From IMG/VR virus record IMGVR_UViG_3300028048_002245: a stretch of 56,767 bases of DNA. One strand, given 5' to 3'. This DNA is from an uncultured virus (IMG/VR IMGVR_UViG_3300028048_002245). Lineage: Duplodnaviria; Heunggongvirae; Uroviricota; Caudoviricetes. Below, one piece after another: positions 32,474-42,157 of this stretch; position 1 is the stretch's first letter; the number at the start of each line of letters is the position of its first letter. The notes beneath the pieces were generated by a model, which ran no database searches, was not told the origin of the DNA, and saw only the letters and a list, made by a program, of their open reading frames with translations. The position numbers were made by a program, and so were the translations under genes.

Positions 32474-32541
32474 GAGAGGACAAACAAATGTAAAGCAGAA
32501 AGAGAATATGCACAGAAACTAAAAGAACTGGAGAAAGCCGA

Positions 32542-33087
32542 ATGATTATAACTAAAGAAAGACCTAAAAAGCAGAAACAGACACGGATAATGGTGTTTTT
32601 TACCGGAACCCGTCTTAAAGACATGAAACCAGGAGATTATGCTATTACAAAACATGGAAACAGGAATGTAGCGTACCTCATCACAAGTCTTACGAGGATA
32701 GAAGAAAAGTGGCATACAAAGAAGATTCTTCTTATAGATATGCATACCGGGCAGAAAGTCTGGACATGCGAAGGGGAAGACTTTGCACAGCCTAAAAAGC
32801 CAAGACATGACAACCATGACAGACTGTGGTGGATCGCAAGAGCGGACTGCGACTGTTATAAAAGGGATGAAATGGATGATATTCCTGTTGGAAGTCTCAT
32901 CTCTGTAATACCGGTAAGCGACAGAGTAGGCGGAGAAGAATCAGTAAGAATTGTGAAGGCAGAAAAGTCGGAGACTGAGGCAGAGTATTTTAATGTGTTT
33001 ACAGGAGAACCATGGAATCCTGATACGACAAGCAAAGAAACAGAATTTTTTGTAAGAACTTATCCATTTATGGGCTTTCAGATATAA
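32542..33087 (+). CDS. Hypothetical protein
   Basis: 181-aa ORF with RBS GGAG. Confidence 0.6.
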   Translation: MIITKERPKKQKQTRIMVFFTGTRLKDMKPGDYAITKHGNRNVAYLITSLTRIEEKWHTKKILLIDMHTGQKVWTCEGEDFAQPKKPRHDNHDRLWWIARADCDCYKRDEMDDIPVGSLISVIPVSDRVGGEESVRIVKAEKSETEAEYFNVFTGEPWNPDTTSKETEFFVRTYPFMGFQI

Positions 33088-33238
33088 ACAATGGTGAAAA
33101 TTTTATACGAAAAAGTGTTGAGAAGATGATAAACAGCCTGCAATTTCAATTATTCATAAAATTTTCGGTATTTACTTTACTGTGATGTATGCTATAATAA
33201 CAACATATAATGACATAAAGAAAGGATGGATAAATCAT

Positions 33239-34471
33239 ATGTCAAGGGCAAGAGGCACATATGAAAAAGTACCCGCCAACGCCAAAGAAACGATGCATGA
33301 AGGCGTGTATGCTACTCCTGACGGGGAAATATATAAGATAGACAGTTATGGTGATAAATATATCAAGACAAACAGAGATGCCATAAATGTAACAGCTAAG
33401 GGGCAGTGTGTAAACAGACAGCGGTTGGTATGTGAAGCCTTCCATAAAGATGAATACAAAGACGGAAGCATAGCTGTAATCATAGATAAGACAAAGCCTG
33501 TTACTGCTGATAACGTCCGTTGGGAAGAAAGACAGTCCATGAGTTCCGCAAGAGCAGTCCGGGTGATAAGAAAGCGTCATCGGGATGAGAAAAAGAACAG
33601 GTATAAGAGAGAAAGTCTTGTCTATGATTATCTGTCAGCCGATCATTATGATGAAGGAGAACGTGAGATTGCTGAGATGTATGTAAACGACGGTCTCACG
33701 TTAAGACAGATCGCAGCAAAAAAGGGAATGTCTGCTCCGTGGATAGGGACAATACTCCGAAAGATCAAGGAAAGGGATAAGATACCAGGAGCACTTCCTC
33801 CAAAGTTAGAGGTAAAACCCGAAATAGATACAAAGAAGCTGCTTTCAGTAGAGGAACTTCAGAGCCGTTCAGGACTGACTATAAGAGAATTTGCTGAACG
33901 ATATGGTTACGAATACCGCAAGATACAGATATGGGAAAGAGGAGAACACTTGGGTAAAGGCAAAGGCAGTTCGCTGCCGCTTCCTGAAGACCTGAAAAAA
34001 CTTAATGATCAGGTATTGTCTGATGAAAAAAATCTCAGAAATCCTGTAACAAAACCTCTGGATAAAAGCAATACGAATCTTGAAAAGGTAATATCAGCTG
34101 TCCCTGAAGTGCTTATAGTTTCAAAAATAGGCAGCAGATATTACGGGATATTTGCCAATTCAAGAGAGGAACTGCTCGGATGCATAAATAGGAATGACTT
34201 ATATAAGGACAGCAATGGAATATATGAGATTGTATCAGTAAGGAAATTCCTGTCAGATGCAATAAAAAATGATGCCGATGCACTTGCTTTCATTAACAGC
34301 AGTGACGATGATATACAGTATCTTACTGAGAAAGGACAGTATCTGTTCGATTCAAGGAAACGGCTTTTGGGCAAATCCATAGCTGATGCAAACAATATCG
34401 GAGTCAATCTCTATATGTCGCTGTATGCAAACGGATGGCATTACTTTATTGAAAATGACCTTCAGTATTAA
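33239..34471 (+). CDS. Multi-domain DNA-binding protein (degenerate HNH-like + two HTH)
   Basis: RLVCEAF..DKTK..ADNVRW resembles HNH_3 without its His; LTLRQIAAKKGMS and LTIREFAERYGYEYRKIQIWE are HTH-like. Confidence 0.55.
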   Translation: MSRARGTYEKVPANAKETMHEGVYATPDGEIYKIDSYGDKYIKTNRDAINVTAKGQCVNRQRLVCEAFHKDEYKDGSIAVIIDKTKPVTADNVRWEERQSMSSARAVRVIRKRHRDEKKNRYKRESLVYDYLSADHYDEGEREIAEMYVNDGLTLRQIAAKKGMSAPWIGTILRKIKERDKIPGALPPKLEVKPEIDTKKLLSVEELQSRSGLTIREFAERYGYEYRKIQIWERGEHLGKGKGSSLPLPEDLKKLNDQVLSDEKNLRNPVTKPLDKSNTNLEKVISAVPEVLIVSKIGSRYYGIFANSREELLGCINRNDLYKDSNGIYEIVSVRKFLSDAIKNDADALAFINSSDDDIQYLTEKGQYLFDSRKRLLGKSIADANNIGVNLYMSLYANGWHYFIENDLQY

Positions 34472-34699
34472 ACAGAATATGCACTTTCAGGCAGGAATCA
34501 TTCCTGCCTTTTTTATCATTTTGCGAGCAGAAAACCCATAAGCTTAAGTTCAAGGGAACTTCAACATCTATGTGTCGATATACGACGGGGATGTAGGCAG
34601 GAAATATACGATGCCTTCCGTTATTACAGGCAGCACGGCGGATGTCAGCGAAACGTAAGGGAATGCCACAGCGTATAAGCTTGATAATGTTGTATAAGA

Positions 34700-34835
34700 T
34701 CTGGGTAACCTGGTTAATATCCCTCAGTTGCTGAAATCCAGGGTGGGTATCTATGATTTCAACAATAAGATCTGAATCTACAGATATGTAGCCATAAACA
34801 GGATCTTTGAACTTCTTGACATCATTCATCGGCAA
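34700..34835 (-). pseudogene. N-terminal fragment of HD-domain dNTP triphosphohydrolase-like protein
   Basis: KKFKDPVYGYI...IIDT..FQQLRDINQ is the typical N-terminus; similarity ends before the HD motif. Confidence 0.6.
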
Positions 34836-35197
34836 GTTCCCAAAGCCCTAACATTGCTCTTATTAACAAATGCACTAAGTATATCAAATGTAAGGTAACT
34901 TCTAAACTTAGACCACAAATCCTCTATATTCTTGCCCTCTTTAAGAAGAATTCCTTTCCCGTCTGAGCCCGTATATAATTCAAAAAAATCTGCATAATCA
35001 TACAAAAAACGATTCGTGCGATCACGTGAGAGCACAAGAACGGCCCTTTCACCATCCTCGCTATTGATATAGTTGACAACCGCATTTCCATAGTCTTCAA
35101 GTGCCTTAAACGAAACCTTTGTATTACTGTTATCTTTTTCAAGAAGCTCTATAAGTGCATTAGCTGCAAGATCTTCAATTCCAATATAAACACACAT
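34826..35197 (-). CDS. Hypothetical protein overlapping the HD-domain fragment
   Basis: 123-aa ORF with RBS. Confidence 0.7.
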   Translation of the reverse strand: MCVYIGIEDLAANALIELLEKDNSNTKVSFKALEDYGNAVVNYINSEDGERAVLVLSRDRTNRFLYDYADFFELYTGSDGKGILLKEGKNIEDLWSKFRSYLTFDILSAFVNKSNVRALGTCR

Positions 35198-35279
35198 AGC
35201 ATTACCTTCTACTATTTTCAGATATCTGATATCTTATACATAATAAGTACAGTCAAAAACAACAGACAAAATACAAATC

Positions 35280-35564
35280 CTACACAAGATTATTGTCGTT
35301 ATCTGAATGTTCTTTCAGATAATACTGTATAGCATCGATTATCATAAAGATATGGAATCTTATGATACTGCCAAGTTCTCCGTCCATAGCGGGCTTTTCA
35401 TCGGCACGTCTGCCATTTGTAAGATTAAGGCTCTGATTTTCTATATCATACGAACAGTCAAACAGATACTGACCTCCTCCTGAGGCATTAAGAGTAAGAT
35501 CCGCCTTAAAACAGCCACCATCTTTTTCTGATATCTCCACGTTGCTGAACTCACATACTGCCAT
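35280..35564 (-). CDS. Hypothetical protein
   Basis: RBS GAGGTG before MAVCEF. Confidence 0.6.
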   Translation of the reverse strand: MAVCEFSNVEISEKDGGCFKADLTLNASGGGQYLFDCSYDIENQSLNLTNGRRADEKPAMDGELGSIIRFHIFMIIDAIQYYLKEHSDNDNNLV

Positions 35565-35971
35565 ATCTGTATCACCTCTGTTATCAGAATATCGTCCTAT
35601 ATCATAGAAAAAGGTTCTGTCCCTGGCATAGCACAACGGGCAGAACCTATTTCAAAGATTCATTTTTCAGTTACAATATAGCATAAAATCCTGATATTTG
35701 CAATCAGGAATACATCTCCGAGTTTTCTGATCATACCGTTTCTTTATTTATCCAGAACCGTCGCTTTCTTCCATCTATTCACCGAATCTGTCTGCAACTT
35801 CGGAAAACAAAGAAAATCAGAGTTTATGACATATAATCAGAACAGAAATGGTGCAGTAAAAGAGCTGTCGATTGCTCAAAAACAGTTTACATATCACTGA
35901 TATGTGGTATGATAAACACATAGTATCATAATTTCATATACGGTCAGTCAGACCGACAAGGAGGTACGCTC

Positions 35972-36550
35972 ATGTTAGGAAAAAGCAGACTAAAAAAAGG
36001 CATCGCCTGCCTGCTGCTCGCTGCAACAGCCGTATCAGCAGTCCCCTTAACGGGACAGATGACGCAACTGGCAGTAGTATCGGCAGAGGCAAAGGCAAAG
36101 AAGACAAAGACAAAAAATGTCACATTCAAGGGTATCACTTATAAGATTCCCAAAAGATATAAGTATAACAAGAAGGGCTCTGTATCTGAAAAAGTTGATG
36201 GAAAGACCTATGAGTGTATAGATTACTAGGCAAATGCGGTAACGACCGACAAAGAAACAGGGGAAAATTTCATAAACCTGTGTCCTCCCGAGATCAGCAT
36301 AGGGACAGAAAATTCCATGCTATCCAAGAAAGAAATGAAAAACATGGGGATGAAGGTGTCTGACATTAAGATTGCAGGATATAAGGCAAGAAAGGGTGTC
36401 ATAGATGCAGTCCTTGATAACGGTCTCGACAAGACACACGTAGTAGTGGCTGTTTTCAAAAAGGGCAGGGATATAATCGTCATAAGATCAAAAGAAGCAG
36501 ATGAGATAGACAGTATTCTGAAATCCGCCAGAAAAGCCAGAAAGAAGTAA
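35972..36550 (+). pseudogene. Secreted protein with one in-frame TAG
   Basis: Signal peptide; ORFs 35972-36229 and 36317-36550 are in one frame, open except for TAG at 36227. Confidence 0.6.
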
Positions 36551-36645
36551 GGGGTAAACTAAACGACAGACAGGACAAACATCAACGGCAAAACTGTCGT
36601 GTGGCTGATGATTAGATATACAGAAAAAAAGAAAGGAAAAGAACA

Positions 36646-37908
36646 ATGGATAAGAAAGACATCTCTATGATAAGAAAGAGATATAAGAAGGGCGAGGACA
36701 ACTTCACCCGTATTGCCGGATGTTATGTGAGTAATGAGAAGCAGATAATTTCAGAATTTGCTGACAGTCCGCACAGTATGCCGGAAGATGAATATTTCAG
36801 GTACATCGACATTGCAAAGAAGAGCCTGAGCGGAAAGCTCGGTAACAATATCCTAATGCTTCCGTTCAGATCAGATGAATATGAGAACGGGTCAGTGTCA
36901 GGAGAGGTGACAGGACTGCTCGAAGAGGTAAGAAAAAGCGGTCTCAAAGATGAAGGTATACTGGAGCGGTACTATCAGCATATCATAAACACCTATACGA
37001 CAACAGATAACTATCTTATTGTCGTATTTGCAGATACATATGATGTACCGTCAACTGCTTCCGACGGGACAGATCTTGATGAATCAGAAATAGTATTCGA
37101 CTATATCCTTACAGCCATCTGTCCTGTTAAGCTTTCAAGTCCAGGACTTGGATATAGAGAAGATGAAAATCGTATAGGAACGCTTATTCAGGAATGGACG
37201 GCAGCTCCTGTTGAAAGTGCATTTATGTATCCTGCTTTTTCTGACAGATGCGGAGATGTGTATCATGTCACAGTCTATGCAAAGAAGCCGGATGCCCCGC
37301 CTGCTGATTTCTGGATGGAAGGACTCCATGTAATAACAAAACTCTCTGAGTCCCAGAAAAAGAAAACATTCCTCACAATGGTGGAAGGTGTTGTTACTAA
37401 TGACAGTGAAGAAGATCATGATGAAGCAATGTTCAATGTGGCAGATTCCCTGTCAGACTATATAAGCAGCAAACAGGAGTTGCAGGGTGATGACGAACCT
37501 GTGTCTGTGTCATCCGATGAGATTACAGATATCCTCACTGATGCCGGAATAGAACAGGAAAAAGCCGAAAAAGTTGCCAAGGAATATGATGATGCATTCA
37601 GCGAAGAGAAAGACAGACCTCTGGCAACAGAACTTCTTGAAGAAAAGCTGTTAAAAAACCAGAAGCTGTATCATGAGAAGCAGGCACTCCAGAGAGAGGT
37701 ATCAAGGCTTCACACTGAAAAAGATAAGAACAGCAATATAGAAGAAAAGGCTGTATCCGGCGATCCGTCCGTAACATCAATACGTATAAGTCCCGACAAA
37801 AAGAGCGGTGTAAAATTTACAGAGATTGATGGTCAGAAGTATGTCGTCATACCTGTAACTGATAACGAAAAAATAACAGTAAATGGAGAAGAGCAGAGGC
37901 AAGACTAA
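36646..37908 (+). CDS. DUF4317-like protein
   Basis: RIAGCYV, DNYLIVVFADTYDVP, ICPVKLSSPGLGY, FMYPAFSDR, IDGQKYVVIP motifs. Confidence 0.8.
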   Translation: MDKKDISMIRKRYKKGEDNFTRIAGCYVSNEKQIISEFADSPHSMPEDEYFRYIDIAKKSLSGKLGNNILMLPFRSDEYENGSVSGEVTGLLEEVRKSGLKDEGILERYYQHIINTYTTTDNYLIVVFADTYDVPSTASDGTDLDESEIVFDYILTAICPVKLSSPGLGYREDENRIGTLIQEWTAAPVESAFMYPAFSDRCGDVYHVTVYAKKPDAPPADFWMEGLHVITKLSESQKKKTFLTMVEGVVTNDSEEDHDEAMFNVADSLSDYISSKQELQGDDEPVSVSSDEITDILTDAGIEQEKAEKVAKEYDDAFSEEKDRPLATELLEEKLLKNQKLYHEKQALQREVSRLHTEKDKNSNIEEKAVSGDPSVTSIRISPDKKSGVKFTEIDGQKYVVIPVTDNEKITVNGEEQRQD

Positions 37909-37914
37909 TGTTAT

Positions 37915-37962
37915 CTCCCTAATACCCACGGGTAAGCCCATGGGTTTCCCCACCAAAAATAT
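37915..37962 (+). mobile_element. 48-bp minimal derivative of the IscB element
   Basis: CTCCCTAATA + single hairpin CCCACGGGTAAGCCCATGGG + TTTCCCCACCAAAAATAT, followed by ATGA. Confidence 0.7.
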
Positions 37963-38069
37963 ATGATATCTTAATTTATAGAAAGCACCCGTTCTGAATA
38001 TCTTCAGAACAGGTGCTTTTTGTTGTAACAAAAAAAGAGCCGTCGTTGTGACAGCTCTCTTTTTGAATC

Positions 38070-38666
38070 TTAGCAAGCAGCCCACCCATAGAATAGATAA
38101 TGGTGCTTTTCAAGCAGTATCTTATCTTTCATATTCTTTGGATGAGGCCTGCTTTTATAGACCTTCTCAGTGATCTTCATATCGGTTACTCTTTCTGTAC
38201 CCGATACAAGAATCTTCTTTTTATAAACAAACCCATAGGTCTGTCCACTTTTAAGAAGAGACTTTTTCAGGTATTCATCAGCCTCCTTTTTTGTGTTGAA
38301 TTCCTCATCATTAAGATAAGAACCGTGAACTATATATTTCACTAAATACTTGGGAGGCTCCTTGTGAGTAGCCTGCCTGCTCACCAATCGCAGCGTATAT
38401 GATACGACACCGCAATCTATGCAGGTTGCCACCCTCTTTTTCCCATTGTCTTCAGCTTCCATGACCTTTTTGGCTTTTTTTAGCTCGGTCTTTGTGAAAA
38501 CCTTGGTGTTTATGCCCCTGAAATCGAGACGGTCGCAGGTTGATATTGTGCCGTTATAATAATCGGCACCATGCTCAAACTTGGCTCTATCGACCAGGTG
38601 AGCATATGCTTCAGAGGCAGTATAACCTTCTGCCTCTATATGAAAGCTAGTTGCTCCCATAAGCAC
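38070..38666 (-). CDS. Hypothetical phage-type protein
   Basis: MGATSF...YNGTIS...YLFYGWAAC; RBS GGAGGTG. Confidence 0.7.
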   Translation of the reverse strand: MLMGATSFHIEAEGYTASEAYAHLVDRAKFEHGADYYNGTISTCDRLDFRGINTKVFTKTELKKAKKVMEAEDNGKKRVATCIDCGVVSYTLRLVSRQATHKEPPKYLVKYIVHGSYLNDEEFNTKKEADEYLKKSLLKSGQTYGFVYKKKILVSGTERVTDMKITEKVYKSRPHPKNMKDKILLEKHHYLFYGWAAC

Positions 38667-39000
38667 ACCTCCTCTCTGACACAGAGAGAGGTTCGTAAAA
38701 CTCCACGAACCTAATTCCTGCCTTTGCCAAGACAGAACGAAGCCCAGCCCTTATCTTTTCCTCCGATGCAATCTTTTCTGCATCAGAGGCCAGACAGAGG
38801 CCAAGCCTTGCACTGGCTACAAGAGCCTCTATACAGAAATCTATAAGAAGCTCCTGCATTTTCCGGCTCTGATTTGTTGAGATAGTCAGAGCCTTTCTAC
38901 CGCCCATGTAAAAATCGATCATATTATAATTGATCACGGGTTTCCACGTATGGATATCAAATACATATCCATGTTTTTTTTTAACATTTTTTTCTTTCAT
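38647..39000 (-). CDS. Hypothetical protein
   Basis: RBS AAAGGAGG. Confidence 0.65.
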   Translation of the reverse strand: MKEKNVKKKHGYVFDIHTWKPVINYNMIDFYMGGRKALTISTNQSRKMQELLIDFCIEALVASARLGLCLASDAEKIASEEKIRAGLRSVLAKAGIRFVEFYEPLSVSERRCAYGSN

Positions 39001-39221
39001 AAAACGCCTCCTTTGCGTTAAAAGAAAAAAGCCGTCTGCTGATTCTCATGAATCTGCAAACGACTTAAATCTCATTACAATGTTTACATATACAGTATAT
39101 CTAAAACAGACCTTTATGTCAAATTTTTTATCAAAAACCATTTACATAAATCTATTATATGTTATGATTGTATCATCAAAAAGAGAAAAAAGTAGCTTTC
39201 TTATTAAATATATGAAAACAG

Positions 39222-39482
39222 GTGATGATGATGCAGACAGTTACATGCGATAAGTGTGGGAAAAAAGTACCCGTAAAAGGCAGCGTGAGTTTTTTCGATC
39301 CAAATAAAAGTCATACTGTAATATTATGCAGCCAGTGTCAGGCTGGCGTCCCAGTTCATGGTCGTTGGATTGATGTAGGATGCAACTGCCATGAATGCTC
39401 CGTATGCCACTACGTTATACGTGCAGATGAGAACTTTAGCTCTTATTATTACTGTCCACATTGCGGGGCGGAACTTGAATAG
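39222..39482 (+). CDS. Zinc-ribbon protein
   Basis: Four CxxC motifs; HGRWI..CSVC..YCPHCGA. Confidence 0.7.
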   Translation: MMMMQTVTCDKCGKKVPVKGSVSFFDPNKSHTVILCSQCQAGVPVHGRWIDVGCNCHECSVCHYVIRADENFSSYYYCPHCGAELE

Positions 39483-39595
39483 TTTGCAATTCCTGTATGT
39501 GAATTTCAAAAATCATTTACAGATATATTATATATGATATGATTACTATATAGAAAAAGCCAACATCAACAAAAAACCAAAAGGAGGCAGCCAAT

Positions 39596-39912
39596 CTCAC
39601 TAATACCCACGGGCAAGCCCGTGGGGTTGCGGTAGAAATACTGTAACCCTGAGTGAGTAGCCTAAGTGCTTCGGGCACTACGTTAAGAGAGAATATATAG
39701 TTACCTGTGGATGTAGTACCAAGTCCGCAGCTCTAAGACAAGTGATTAAACAATTCTGAGGTATAGGAACAGTGTTGCTTGTATAAAACCTCTTATTAAC
39801 ATTGGCGATGGTACACTTACCTCTCTTCGGAGAGAGTTATTAAATCCCTTATAGGATTTCAAAAGGCGGTTTCTCCCACAGGTAAGCCTGTGGGTTTCTC
39901 CGCCAAAATTTT
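39596..39912 (+). mobile_element. Non-autonomous IscB element retaining the omegaRNA but lacking iscB
   Basis: Both ends and omegaRNA scaffold similar to 11823-12090; followed by ATGA. Confidence 0.85.
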
Positions 39913-39958
39913 ATGACAGTACATATCTTACAGGCAACGGCAGAAAGGAAAATTACTT

Positions 39959-40135
39959 ATGAAGATAACATTTGAAGTACCGGACAACACACTGATGATA
40001 AATATTGAATATACTTATAGAAGGGAATCTGGCTCTCTCGGTACATCTACTTCTCATGTATTTACAGAAGATATCAGGTCGGGTAAAGTCCTTAAGGCAA
40101 CACCGAGGAAGAAAAACGTGGAACAGGTAAAATAA
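39959..40135 (+). CDS. Small hypothetical protein (58 aa)
   Basis: RBS GAAAGGA; MKITFEVPDNTLMINIEY... Confidence 0.5.
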   Translation: MKITFEVPDNTLMINIEYTYRRESGSLGTSTSHVFTEDIRSGKVLKATPRKKNVEQVK

Positions 40136-40156
40136 CGAGGAGAAGAGGTAAAGATT

Positions 40157-40423
40157 ATGACAAAAACATCTATAATATGTGATATCTGCGGAAATGAAAT
40201 ATCGGTTTCCGATAAAAACAGTGCAAATCCACAAAATCATAAGGTCACAGTTCCTGTCATCTTTCATACAAATCAGGAAGACGGCAGACCAGTTGAACCA
40301 TATGTATCATTTGAAAGTATTGATATCTGCAACGAATGTCTTATGAGGCTGACAAATCTACATGCCGATGGGTGTCAGGGATACAATGAGTATTTCTGGG
40401 ATACAGAAATTGACAAAATCTGA
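40157..40423 (+). CDS. Small Cys-containing hypothetical protein
   Basis: CDICG...DICNEC; RBS GAGG. Confidence 0.65.
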   Translation: MTKTSIICDICGNEISVSDKNSANPQNHKVTVPVIFHTNQEDGRPVEPYVSFESIDICNECLMRLTNLHADGCQGYNEYFWDTEIDKI

Positions 40424-40772
40424 CTCTGAAATAACCAAAATTTAGCAAAGAAAAAGAAGTGTCGTGGTATATCATAGTCCTCAGATGGAAAACAGGATAA
40501 GCAGAAGGAGATGTTTTTTATGGTAGTAAAAATGACAGAATGGGCAGGAATGATGCTCCTTGCAATAGCTTTTTCAAGATTTCTGATGATAGTGACCAAT
40601 TCTGATCCGGATTCCGTATGGGACGCTACAACAAAAGCTGAAGACAAGGTCATGGGTTTTCTGGGAAACATACGAGATCCTGCTTAAAAAGCAAAAAATA
40701 AGAACAAAAACTATTTACATATAAGCGTAATATGATATAGTTATATCTGTCAAGAGGAAATGATTTCTCTAT

Positions 40773-40846
40773 GGACCATTAGCCCAACTGGTCAGAGCAG
40801 GCGGCTCATAACCGCTCGGTTCGGGGTTCGAATCCCCGGTGGTCCA
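40773..40846 (+). tRNA. tRNA-Ile2/Met (CAT)
   Basis: Cloverleaf GGACCAT..GTGGTCCA, anticodon loop CTCATAA, GTTCGAA T-loop; overall sequence resembles Firmicutes tRNA-Ile2. Confidence 0.9.
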
Positions 40847-40919
40847 TTTGCAGGATATATCCACCTTTCCTGGCAGTCCGGGTAATGGCGGACTGTTGAC
40901 AACGATATATCCTGTGCAA

Positions 40920-41291
40920 GGGCCTGTAAAGGTTTCGACGGTGGGTTGAAAACTTAATATGCGTGCCAGTCTGGAAGATCTGTAAAACTTCCACCCAAAT
41001 GTAAACGACGAAAATCGTGAGTACGCTTTTGCTGCCTGAGTAATCAGACATGCTCCTCCCGTTAAGAGGATAAGCTCCATGGATATCACCGCTGTAATCC
41101 ACGGAGTTAAATGAAGCGGTTATACAGAGGCAGCCATGCCGTAATAAACCTCTGAAGAATTTCTTATTCCGGCACAGACGAATACACATTGCCTGTTCTG
41201 TGTACCGTCCAAGCATGGGAACAGTGATACGCACGTAGTATATTATGTGATTAGATTGCATCGGACACGGGTTCGACTCCCGTCAGGTCCA
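40920..41291 (+). ncRNA. ssrA: tmRNA
   Basis: 5' GGGCCTGTAAAGGTTTCGAC; 3' GGGTTCGACTCCCGTCAGGTCCA with G3-U70 pair; tag ORF DENREYAFAA* at 41007-41039. Confidence 0.92.
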
Positions 41292-41357
41292 CTTAGCGTG
41301 ATAAATGACAGGTCAAAGGGACCCCTGAATATCCATACCAGGGTTTTAACCTGTAAT

Positions 41358-41430
41358 GCTCGTGTAGCTCAGCCGGTAGAGCACGTGACTTTTAATCACG
41401 GTGTCGAGGGTTCGATCCCCTCCACGGGCA
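41358..41430 (+). tRNA. tRNA-Lys (TTT)
   Basis: Cloverleaf GCTCGTG..CACGGGCA; anticodon arm CGTGA-CTTTTAA-TCACG. Confidence 0.92.
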
Positions 41431-41749
41431 CTTGGGGACTGCGATCATCAGTATCGTATCCCCGCTTTGACATGAAACTCCTTTCCGTAGCGGTCAACAA
41501 CCGCTATACCTGCATGGTGTATACGAAGAGTATATCAGTGGTTCGACTCCCTGACAGGTATTTGCCCGTATTATCAGACGGGCAAGGATATTTTTATATT
41601 CTCCCCCTATAAAGCGGTTAATAGCCGTAGTGCGGTGGCAGACCCGATTCTCTTCACCCTACTTTGGAATCATCAGGTGCAACTCCTGAACCGCACATTT
41701 ATGTCTTTGTAATGGCTTTGTACATAAATTGTACAGCAGAGGCATATCG

Positions 41750-41910
41750 CTCACTAATACTCACAGACAAGCCTGTGGGGGGGTGTCTAACAGCCCTGAG
41801 TGAGTAGTCTAAGCTCTGAACAGGGGCTACGTTAAGAGAGAAAACAGTTCTTGAGGTATAGGGGGTGGTTTCTCCCACGGATAAACCTGTGGGTTTCCCG
41901 CCAAAATTTT
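41750..41910 (+). mobile_element. Internally deleted IscB-element derivative
   Basis: CTCACTAATA start, partial omegaRNA, distal hairpin, followed by ATGA. Confidence 0.75.
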
Positions 41911-41961
41911 ATGATTCATTTTTCATCGAGTTCTCCTTAAGAAATCGGGCTTATCTGAAGC

Positions 41962-42136
41962 ACGAAGCTTACCGCATCTTCCGATGCGGGGAATAGGCTA
42001 AAATCTATGTAGGGCGGGGACCGCCCGAACTAAAGCCTGTGGAGCTGGCTCTGACGGGGTATACCTTTAGCGGGGTATGCTAGTTACCACCAGTCTTGAA
42101 GCAGGAAGCTCGGCTACTTGTAGCCGAGTAGTTCAC
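41962..42136 (+). mobile_element. Orphan IS605 right end / TnpB omegaRNA scaffold
   Basis: Closely similar to 48556-48728; terminal hairpin CTCGGCTACTTGTAGCCGAG and TAGTTCAC end. Confidence 0.8.
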
Positions 42137-42157
42137 GCGATAACAAGGAATACAGAC

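Noticed and set aside
40769..41612. ORFs 40769-41089, 40806-41261 and 41247-41612
   Set aside because: They overlap tRNA and tmRNA genes and are spurious
42077..42157. N-terminal 27 aa of the 588-aa ORF
   Set aside because: Mostly within an IS right-end copy; the RBS supports ATG 42158
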